A stretch of DNA of 64,000 nt from the NCBI RefSeq assembly GCF_964355755.1, contig NC_092673.1:4030001-4094000 (forward strand). Direction: 5' to 3'. Of the stretch, positions 11,237 through 22,500 are shown piece after piece (within the stretch, counting starts at the first letter, position 1; each line of letters starts with the position of its first letter). Under the pieces are notes generated by a model, which saw only the letters and a program-made list of their open reading frames with translations, had not been told where the DNA came from and did not search any database. Origin of the DNA: Antedon mediterranea. Lineage: Eukaryota; Animalia; Echinodermata. A program made the position numbers and the translations under genes.

Positions 11237-11849
11237 ATTTAAAAGGACAGAACTGGAATGACATATATTTATAATTGCTGGACGGTTTAAAGTTATATAA
11301 ATATACAATAGTTTTATGCTGTGTAATTGTACTTATCTTGCAATTGAATTAAAGTTGATATACTGTAACTACCTTAAATTGGACATCATGTATCGCATTG
11401 TTGTTTGACTATTAAAATACACTTTAATTACTAGTACTTATTTTTGTTGAAACTAAATTATGCAGTAAGTAAATTACAGTATGACAAGCAGAAATCATGA
11501 AATTAAAAATTCACTTATTAAAGATGATGAAATAAAGATTAATTATGAACATGGTTAGTGTTTTGTATCTTATTCATATTTTATTCCAGTTGAGCTTTCT
11601 CATTTCAATTGAATCTTGTTTTATTTTCCACTATATTGGTGGACTTGTTTGATGTTTGTGTACTTAATTTATCTTAACGGCAAATAGAATTTGCAATACA
11701 GAATATAGCTTTATTATTTACTTTTATAGTACTGTATTATACAGGTATTAAAATTATTTAAAAATAAATTACAAAACATTATTGTTCAATTTTTACTGAA
11801 CACCAAAAAGTGTTTATATTATTTCTAAAAAATATAATACATATTCCTT

Positions 11850-12275
11850 TGCACTTTGAGAGTTTGGTGTAATGGTTATGTATCCACAGTCACAGTTGAG
11901 ATCGCTGGTTCAAGTCCCGCTGAGATTTTTTTAAATTATTATTAGGTCTATTATTTTTTTATTTCTTTTTTCTGACCCTTCAAAATTTAACCACAATTAT
12001 ATGATGAGTCATTGTATGATGAGTCATTGTTCATTGTGGCTAAGTTTGGTGAGAATCGGATAAAAAATAGTTTTTTGTTAGTTGTGACCTTAACCTATGA
12101 CCTTTTCCCCATAAATTTGAACTCGTCCGAGTTTTTGGGGTATAGATCACTGTTTCCAAATTTGGTGAAAATCGGATGAAAACTGTGGCCTCCAGGCTTT
12201 TCACAGACACACACACACACCCACCCACACAAACATACAGGGGTGAAAACATAACCTCCTTGGCGGAGGTAATAA
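11850..12275 (-). mobile_element. Non-autonomous Helentron-type (HINE/DINE-like) repeat with a tRNA-like segment at its far end
   Basis: Terminus TTATTACCTCCGCCAAGGAGGTTATG with a short inverted repeat followed by a (GT)n microsatellite; A/B-box-like TGGTGTAATGG...GGTTCAAGTCC at ~11864-11918. Copies at ~31270-31638 and ~52000-52366. Confidence 0.55.
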
Positions 12276-12619
12276 TATAAAAAACAGTACTATGATGTCT
12301 TAGTGATCATAATAGGAAATACAAAGTTAGTATATTTAACTTGCACTGGCTTTTAAAAGCTGCACTATATACTGTATTTCAAAGCATTTTTTGTCTTGAT
12401 TGTTGCTTTAGAGCCTGTCCTGAATATATTTATTGCTATGCATGTCAATTTGACTTTTATAACTCCATGCGTTTGCTTTTATAGGATATACAGTATTATG
12501 TATATTCTTTTTTAAAGACATCTTTACACTAATAAATGTCGATTACTGTTGTACTTCTTTTTGAATCTGATTATTCTAATGGCAAGTTGACATGATTACT
12601 ACCACTACAATATTAATGT

Positions 12620-12810
12620 ACTGTAAAGGTTCCGTATTAAATTCTGAACATGGGGTAATGAGCTGTTGTAGGGTGGCAAGTTCCTTTCCACAGCACCTTG
12701 TCCTCCCTAGCATTTTCAACCAACTACTCATTTACAGCTGAGTAGACTGGGAGTTGTCAGGAATGGAACCCAGGTCTCTGTATGACAGTCAAGTGTCCTA
12801 ACCACTCAAA
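12620..12810 (-). mobile_element. Degenerate tRNA-derived SINE
   Basis: Minus strand AGTGGTTAGGACAC...GGGTTCCATTCC head and CCCAGTCTACTCAGCTGTAAATGAGTA central motif; similar SINE heads at ~13360-13430 (-) and ~34625-34700 (+). Confidence 0.45.
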
Positions 12811-13111
12811 TACAGTACCTAACTGTACTTTATAATAGCTAGAAACCATAGTATTACAAGATTTAAAGTGTGTCCACATATCAATTGGATATAAATTATT
12901 AGTACTGATGTATATATGCGACCTGAGTATTGAATCTCCCACTCCCTTATAATACCACAACCTCTTGAAGATCCATGATCCTGTGCAATACAAGGAATGC
13001 AACTTAAGTACTGTAAGTACCCACATATTCTAAATATGCATTATTTATATACTCTGTTGATATTCTGTATATCTCTGGATTGATTTGAATGGTTGTCTTG
13101 AATTCCTTGTA

Positions 13112-14370
13112 CTAATTTGGTTCCGATGGATGTCTCTCAATTGCTTTTGGCAAGGTTTCTCCAGCAGGCCCTTTGAAGTGAAAACTGCAATACACATAGA
13201 TAAACATTCCAATAAACCAGAGACCACTATTAACATCTATTTTTATCTCCAGTATCAAGCCATGGCTGTTCAAAAGACAAACATATACACAAGATGCTCT
13301 ACATAAACAAAGTCTTATTACAAGTCTTTGTCAGTGGAGTTGTAATTTGTCATTAGAAAAAATCCAGGACTTGAACCCAGAACCCTTGGATTGGTAGCTA
13401 AGCATCATAACCACCAATCCACAACTCCACTCAACTTATTGACTCAGTACTTACTGAAATCGGCTTGTTGCCGGAGTATCTTCTAAGTTAAACTCGGCAG
13501 TTGGTACCTTGCTATTGTAAGGCCTAAAAGCAGCAGCAGGGTACACAACAGATGAGGTACCCACCTAGGGAAATGATAAATACGTCAATAATTTCATATG
13601 TCTTATACTGTAGGATGTTCACAGATCAAATGTTCTCACTTCAGCTCTCAACCTTAAAGCTAAAGACAAAAAATGTGTGATGTGCCAAAATGGTACTGTA
13701 GTTATATGCCTAAATATGGTAGTAATATGACATCATCATGTACATAGGCACATCACATTTTGTGTCATAAAGTTCGATAATGTACAACAGTGCTGTGTTT
13801 ATAATACCTTAATGCACAGTTATAAAAACCTTTATGCCCAAATTTGTTTCTAATCATTTTGAAATTTATCATGGTATTACACTTACAATGTGTGCCTTGT
13901 TTGGCTCCTTCAATGCAGCTACTTCACGACGATGGCTATAAAACTCCCACACAAGTGATGGATTATCCGCAAAGGCATTAGGACTGACTAAATCCTGTTT
14001 TAAAAAAAAAAGAAGTAATCAAGATTTGTATTGTGACTGTGTCACATGATGATGAAGTATCTTATTGTGATTTTGAAATCTGAAATTATTGTGAAACAAT
14101 AATTAAATCTATATATTATTACTTCACGGGTAATAGCACTTAATTATCCTTGTTCATTGCGCATAACATGTGTCACTTGCCTGAGCACGGTAGGTTCTCC
14201 AGCTCCTCTAAAAGTCGGAATGCCACTCTCTGCACTATCACCCTGCTCCTGTCATTACAACAATGTGTTTTGCTTTCTGGAAATATTCACGAAAAGTAGC
14301 ATAGTCTGAACTTAGACGAGGAGATACCATTTTTACTTGTATCGCTGTTCTGAGGATATATCTCGAATGG
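13112..14370 (-). pseudogene. SIRT5: SIRT5 pseudogene, unit A (exons 1, 2, 7, 8 only)
   Basis: Exon remnants 14181-~14370, 13887-13994, 13455-13564, 13112-13184. Exon 1 has a 1-bp insertion giving GGA GCA GGG TGA and a 10-bp deletion; exons 3-6 are missing. Confidence 0.88.
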
Positions 14371-14586
14371 CCGAGAATGTTAAAGAGTCGCTATCCAATC
14401 GAGTTTGAACAATACCATGAAAGCCCCCAGTGGTCTGATTGTTAGGACATCTGCATATCAAGCAGGCGGTCCGAGTTCGACTTTTACTCATTCTCACAGA
14501 TTTCCTCATCTTTATCGTTTAAAATGAATTAATTAAATTTCAGTATATCACCGGGCGGTTTAGAATTACTGTTCTTTGCCTGATTT

Positions 14587-14616
<30 letters not shown>

Positions 14617-14620
<4 letters not shown>

Positions 14621-16165
14621 CCAACTGAAAAAATGACAATGCTGTGGGTATCAGTGACTGGATCTCAATAGAGATACAAAAAAAAAGCGAAAAGCTAAAT
14701 CAAAATGATAAAGTAAAATAGCCAGAAAAGTTAGCAGAGCTTTCTGGCAACACTAGCCCTTCATCAGTGCAAGTGCAGGAATTTGGATAACGTCATAGTA
14801 TAAGAGCTGGCAAGTGCTGCCTGGGTGGACAGAGAATAAAAGAAAAACAACAAAAGGAGACAGGGTGGAGTCTGAATAAGAGTAGAAGACAAAGAAGTTA
14901 GCTTGGTAGAGATATAAACAATTTTGGAACGAAATTAAAAATTAAAATAGTGGCTAATATTGAAACTTAAATTTTGGTAGTCAATGGAATACTTTTACCG
15001 ATCTGGGAGTATGTTCCTAATATGCTAAGTCCAAAAAGTTTTGTGGTTTTAAGTTGTAATTCCCAGTGGTTTTCTTTGTCTCTGCGAGTTTTGTCGCTCC
15101 ATTTGACATCGTGGTCTATTTGCAATAAACTCTGAAATTTGCAATCGAGTGACCAGCTGAATTAAAATGTTCGGCTACAGGTTGATCAAGCTTTAATGTT
15201 TTGATAGCTGATCTGTATTGTGTCATTCTCATACGGAGAGTGTTTTTTGTTTTTCCGACGTACTGTTTTCCACAAATATTACAGTATATGAGATAAATGA
15301 CGTCTTTGGTTAGACAATTAATTGATTGTCTTATCCGAAAAATGCGGCCAGTTTGGTTACTCTTAAATTTTTCAGTAGAATCAACCAATGAACAAGTTTT
15401 GCAAGATTTGCCACAAAGGTGACTGTCCAAATTTTGGCTGTCATGAGAGTTAATTACACTCTTAAATTTGGATCTGACTAAAATATCACGAAGGTCGGGA
15501 GGTCTACGAAATGCAATATAATGGGTGGTTCCGGAAAAATAGTCCTGAGACGTTCTGTGGACTGTAATGGGCATATGTTTCTCAATAACAGCCCGTAATG
15601 GGTGATAGGTTGTGACGAATGGATCTGGTCAAATATTTTGGCTGACGTGGTTTTTGTACGTCAGTGTTTGACATCGAGCAATATCTTTTGCTTTCTTTAT
15701 AGCAGTTTCAATGTATTCCTTCTTGTAATTTCTATTTCGGAGATGTCCGGTTAGTTCTTCGGTACGATTCTGAAAATCTAAATCTGAAGAACAGATACGT
15801 CTGATATGTAATGCTTGACTGTACGGTGTTTTTAGTACAGTGTTGGGGATGACAACTGCTAGGGAGCAGGTACATATTTTTATCCGTGGTTTACAGAATA
15901 GGTCAGTTTTGAGTCGATTTTCTATGGTCACTATAGTGTCCGTCCAAAAAATCAACGCTACTAGTGGATTTGGTAGCTGTAAATTTTATTGTTGGGTACG
16001 TGGGCTGAATTAATATTGAGAAGAAAAGATTCCAAATTATCTTCACCATGGGTCCAGATCATGAAGATTTCGTCAATGTATAACCAAACAAGTGGTTTTT
16101 TAGGTTGGAAGGACAGAAAATTGGAGCAACGGCAGCTTAATTTAGTATACACTGTTGATAACTCT
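14617..16165 (-). mobile_element. Decayed Penelope-like element, unit B
   Basis: ORFs 15116-15574 (GIY-YIG), 15629-15955 and 15961-16170 (RT, YIDE instead of YIDD); abuts (TA)n. Confidence 0.9.
14731..14773 (-). ncRNA. Minimal hammerhead ribozyme motif in the Penelope repeat (unit B)
   Basis: Minus strand GCA-CTGATGA-A-GGGC-TAGTGTT-GCCA-GAAA-GCTC-TGC: both core boxes present, one mismatch at the base of stem II. Confidence 0.68.
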
Positions 16166-16538
16166 TCCAATAGTTAGTAAGTTAAAACTGCTTGGTGTAA
16201 TAATCCAAAATGACCTCAAATGGGGTTCAAATGTTCAAATGATATAACATCAAGACCCTCACGTAGACCAGTTAACAATACTAGAAACCATAGAGATTAT
16301 GTTCATTATTATCTCTATGTGAGTAAACTTACGCCCACCAGACTATTATTTGATTATGAACTTCGAACTGTACTTAACTACATAAGAGTCTAGACTAGCA
16401 TTATCTCATGCATTGTGTGTTTTGAAACAGCTCAAACAAAGTATAAAGATTTAATATTTTATTTTAATTTTGTTTTTCGTATTGTATTTCTAAGCTTTGT
16501 ATTTTACTGCATTTTACAAGGTGCATTAAAAGTGTACA

Positions 16539-19500
16539 ATGGGAGGATGCTGCCTCAAGTCTAAAGTAGGTAAGGTTTCAACGATTTAACGTGAATTACA
16601 GTAGAAAAGAGCGCTACGGTCACACATAACGCGGCCCTTAAAACAAGTTGGGAGAAAAATGGGACTCAACAGGCTAGAAACATGCACCAGGGAGTTGGGT
16701 CTAACAACAACTCCCTGCATGCACCACCCATTTTACAGCTACAGTGAAATATTTGAACTACTTTTTGATCTATTTTATTACTATACAGATGGTAGTATTA
16801 ATATTACTGTATGTTAGCACTTTCTCATTTTCTCGATATGCCTCTTGCCAATTGTAATTGTACCAAACATAATCAATCACCCTAAATGCTTAAAATCACA
16901 TGCATGCACTGGATATAGGTTTTATTATTATAATTGTGTATAAAATAGTTTATTTCAATTTTTAATTTAAATACAGTAATTTTATATTTTGTTTTCAGCA
17001 ATATATAAATTAACAATGACTGACCGTGATCGACAATCTATCACGTGCACAATCACGAGATCTTTGCTCACGTCACTATCTATTTTGTCACCATTTAAGC
17101 GCTTATCGTGGGGGTGAATCGGTTAAAAAAAGAATTGAATTACCTAATTTGACGCACACAAGAGCGGGCCGTGGCCAAATTTATATCGCGCGCGTATAGT
17201 GTGACGCAAACTCGCGCGCGTATAGTGTGACGCAAACCTATTATACAAATCAATAATATAGGCCCTATCCCCCAGCCCAAAATGATCAAAGGTGCTTAAA
17301 TTATTGTACCCAATTCTCAACAATTAGATTTTTCAATTTTAAATTGGTGAATGTTTGACAAAAGTTGGAGCTCCAAAAGGCATTTCATCAACAACATACC
17401 GGCTGTTAATATCACTCAGATACGAAAGCCCATTAATACGAAAGCCCATTAATGCCATTTTAAGTGTATGTTTTTCGAACGTAATCCGTTCTAACGAATT
17501 AGTAATTCGTTTGAACGGATTAATAATCTGTTCAAACGAATTAGTAATCCGTTCAAACGAATTGCAACATATACAACAAGTGCCATTTAAAGTATATGTT
17601 GTAATTCGTTTGAACGGATTACTAATCCGTTCAAACAAATTACTAATTTGTTTAAACGGATTACTAATTTGTTCAAACGGATTACTAATCCGTTCAAACG
17701 AATTACTAATTTGTTTAAACGGATTACTAATTCGTTCAAACGAATTACTAATTTGTTTAAACGGATTAGTAATCCGTTCAAACGAATTACTAATTCGTTC
17801 AAACGAATTAGTAATCCGTTTAAACGAATTAGTAATTTGTTTAAACAAATTAATAATTTGTTTAAACGGATTATTAATCTGTTTGAACAAATTAGTAATT
17901 CGTTTGAACGAATTAGTAATCCGTTTAAACAAATTATTAATTTGTTTAAACAAATTAATAATTTGTTCAAACGGATTACTAATTCGTTAGAACGAATTAG
18001 TAATTCGTTTGAACAAATTAGTAATCCGTTTAAACAAATTACTAATCCGTTTGAACGGATTCCTAATTCGTTTTAACAGATTAGTAATCTGTTTAAACAA
18101 ATTAGTAATTCGTTTGAACAGATTAGTAATCCGTTCAAACGAATTACAACATATTCTTTAAATGGCACTTGTTGTATATGTTGCAATTGGTTTGAACGGA
18201 TTACTAATTCGTTTGAACAGATTACTAAATCCGTTCAAACGAATTACTAATTTGTTTAAACAGATTAATAATCTGTTCAAACGAATTAGGAATCCGTCCA
18301 AACGGATTAGTAATTTGTTTAAACGGATTACTAATCTGTTTAAACGAATTACTAATTCGTTTAAACGAATTAGTAATCCGTTTAAACAAATTATTAATTT
18401 GTTTAAACAAATTACTAATTTGTTTAAACGGATTACTAATTCGTTCAAACGAATTACTAATTCGTTCAAACAGATTAGTAATCCGTTTAAACAAATTATT
18501 AATTTGTTTAAACAAATTATTAATTTGTTTAAACAAATTATTAATTTGTTTAAACAAATTACTAATTTGTTTAAACGGATTACTAATTCGTTTGAACGAA
18601 TTAGTAATCCGTTTAAACAAATTATTAATTCGTTTGAACGAATTAGTAATTCGTTTGAACAAATTAGTAATCCGTTTAAACAAATTAGTAATTCGTTTGA
18701 ACAGATTAGTAATCCGTTTAAACGAATTACAACATATACTTTAAATGGCACTTGTTGTATATGTTGCAATTCGTTTGAACGGATTACTAATTCGTTTGAA
18801 CAGATTATTAATCCGTTCAAACGAATTACTAATTCGTTAGAACGGATTACGTTCGAAAAACATATACTTAAAATGGCATTAATGGGCTTTCCATATACCG
18901 AAGACCAAGACAAAACTATTTCTAGATTTCATGTACTAAAAACACCTCATTTTTTGGCCTATAGATCAACTTTTTTGTATTTCTACTAAAAACGGTATGT
19001 ATGCTTATCCTTGTGGTTTACAAAAGAGAAATTTATGTTATAATGTAGTTAAATATCAGTGCTAAACAAATACAATGTACAAGTAAAGTATGGTCGCTTG
19101 TTTACCACGGATTTTGTGTAACGAGTGGGTTTTCTATAAAATATGGTAGTGGGGCAAGTTGTCACAACCTGTGACAACTTTATACTGTCATATAAATAAA
19201 TAAACTGCTAGATAGGCTTATTCTTGCTTTGTAGGCCTTAAAGCCCCATTCCCTACGTTTTTTAGATCTAATTTAAGATCACAAACTATATTTAATGTAA
19301 AAATAATACTATATGGTCCTATTGCGATAACTTTTTTCGTCTTTAAACGGTTAAAAATGTGAAAAATAAGTCGATTTTAATAATTATAGCGGCCCGCTAT
19401 AAATCCCAAAATGCATTGCGCGCGGATTGATATTTTTGTTTTTCACCTGTAATTCGCCCACTTTTCGATCGATCGTGAGGCCAAAACAAATGGAAGACTC

Positions 19501-22500
19501 CCAACTTTTCAGCGAAAATATCGGGTTTTCCCCAATTTGTATCAACGGAGTCTGGCAAAAATAGAAAGACAATTAATGCAGCAACTATACAACGTCAGGC
19601 TAGGTATATAGCTAGCGTACGATGTTCGTACGTTACCGATGTTTACCAGCTAGGCCTAAAAAACTAAGCCTAGCCAGGCTAGGCCTAAGACCGTCCACGA
19701 GAGGTCGATCGCCGCGAGCTACTTAGGTAGTGCATTGTTTCTCACTTTTTATCATAATTTACCATAAAACGTACATTTAAGACAAGGAATGACATGGTTT
19801 AATGTTTTTAAAGTGATATACATGTATTATTTTCCAAAAAACGTCCAAAATTGCAGGGAAGGGGTCTTTAACCATTTTGTTTTCTTGTCAATTGGATATA
19901 GGGACCCCTAATAATCGAGAAAACACAATGTTTATATTATTTTTTCTATTTTATTCATATGGTACGCAATTAAAAGCGTTAAAAAAAAGTGTTAGATGAA
20001 CATCAGAACCAAAAAAGAAGAAGAATAAACCTAGCTCAAAAGATAAAGTGCACAAGAAAGAAATTGGATGTGTTTGTACTGCAAAGAAGATTATTCCGTG
20101 TCAGTTTCAGGAGAAATCTGTATCATGTTCTCTGTCTGTGAAGAATAGGCTCATGAAGATTGTGCTGGTATCAATGAATCAGATGCAGACTTCACATGTG
20201 AATTATGTTGCTAGCTAGATTTTATTTAAAGTGACATTGTAGATAAATGTATTGCGGACTCTCTACAACAGGACTATAAATAGACCTATATCGATTACAA
20301 CATACTTTAATACTTATTATTATTGTTTTTAATACATTATTCATCATCTAAACTCACTAACTTATGTATAAACACACTTTCTATAAATAAATAAGTTTTA
20401 AGCAGATCTTTCATGCATATTGTCTTATTTTTAACGATGTGACAAAGTGCCCCACTGCATGTGACAACTTGCCCCATGTACGGGGCAAGTTGTCACATCT
20501 GACCCATTGGGGAAAAAGTGCTCCCCTGGGTCACGGTCAAGAGTATTTTCACAATCAATGGTCCCCTTATATAGACCATACCCTAGGCTATATTTGAAGG
20601 TACAAACTAAGTTAATTTAGGCTAAAACTTAATATTTATAGGAGATTAGAATGAATTTGTGACTTTTAGCCCCTATCTCCCCTAATCGTATAGTTGAAAT
20701 TAATAGGTTTTGTTTTGAGGGTGCAAGAGAGTACCTTACATTTCTCAGACTTCAGCGACATTTTTCAATTGGTCATCCATTGTCCGAGTCATGCTTGGAG
20801 TGCATGTGAGTCGTCTATGGTCGAAATTATTTTATTTATTTTGAAGTCATCAGCAAACATAAGGCATCTGGAATTTTCGAAGAGACTTTTACAAAAATGT
20901 TAAACAATAGGGGCCCTAAAATTGAACCCTGTGGCACTCCAGAGAGGAAAGGGAGGGGGTTAGATGTTTCGCCTTCAAGTGTCACTATCTGGAATCGACC
21001 ACTAAGGTAGCTGTCAAACCAAGAATATAGAATTCCATTTACGCCAAATTTATTAAGTTTAAAGAGCAATAATTTATGCGACAGTTTATCAAATGCTTTA
21101 CTAAAATCTGTGTATATAATATCACATTGCTTTTTTGATTCGATGGCTTCATACACGGTAGTCATGAGAGTTTCGAGGTTTGTTTCACATGATCTACCGG
21201 GAAAGAAGCCATACTGTTGTTCAGAAATTAAGGGGAAAATATGGTTTATCAGTTGTTTACTTACAATCTTTTCAAATATTTTGGATATTGTTGGGAGTAG
21301 AAATATGGGTCTATAATTTTGAACGTTAGTCTTAGAACCACTACTACTATGGGGTAGTATGGGATTACTGATACTCTGCTTGGTTCAATCAAGTAATTAT
21401 AATATACCGGTATGCAACAGAAACATGAATAAGTTTTTATACTGGCATTATTAAACTTTAGACTTTCATACCAGATCCACCTTATTTTTCATTTACTCTA
21501 ATGTGAAAGATAATCATAATCATGATCTTTACTCCATTGAATGAATTTCCAACATTCCGTATTTACTGTATGCTCGCAGTTGATGCCCCGTTGGAAATTT
21601 ATGTGATGTGTCATTTTTGTATTTTTTCTATTATATTGTTTGTGGATGCCGTATGTTCCTATTATTATTGTTATATAGCCTAATTCATAGGCCAGAAACC
21701 ATAAATATTCATTATCTCTAAGCCCACCAGACTATTATTTGATTATATGAACCTCGAACTGTCCTTACATAAGAGTCTAGACTAGCATTACTGTATCTCA
21801 TGCATTGTGTGTTTTGAAACAGCTCAAACAAAGTATAAAGATTTAATATTTTATATTAATTTTGTTTTTCGTATTGTATTTCTAAGTTTGTATTTTACTG
21901 CATTTTACAGGTCCAGTATGCACGCCTAAAGGTAAGGCTTCAACGATTTAACATAAATTACAGTAGAAAAGAGCGCTGCGGTCAATAAACGCCCTTAAAC
22001 AAGTAGAGGGAAGATTCAGGGGACAGGGTAGAAACATGCACCACCCATGAACTACTTTTTGATCTATTTTTTTACTATACACTCGGTAGTATTAATTAAT
22101 ATTACTGTATGTTAGCACTTTCTCATTTTCTCGATATGCCTCTTGCCAATTGTAATTGTACCAAATATAATCAATCACCCTAAATGCTTAAAATCACATG
22201 CATGCACTGGATATAGGTTTTATTATTATAATTGTGTATAAAAGAGTTTATTTCAATTTTTAATTTACATACAGTAATTTTATATTTTGTTTTTCAGTAA
22301 CTGTGTTTGAATCCAGCCGCAAGAAAAAAAAAACAAAATATCGGTAATTTTAAAGATTTAATTGGATTTATTAGAGATCATGTCTAAATTATTCTACTGC
22401 AGTATGCAGTAATTATAGCATATTTTGGATAATCATACACATTGTTTTTTCAGTGACTAACTTTGAAACAAAGTGAATTGCAGTAAAAATGTAGATACTG

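Noticed and set aside
11858-11925. Functional tRNA gene
   Set aside because: A/B boxes are present but acceptor and anticodon stems pair poorly, and it is embedded in a repeat present in all three units.
17339-18989. Long heptad-repeat ORFs (FKRITNL/LLIRSNE) on both strands, also at 2907-3708 and 38697-40347
   Set aside because: They are translations of a 21-bp palindromic satellite inside a TIR element in an intron; being open in many frames on both strands is expected from the repeat.
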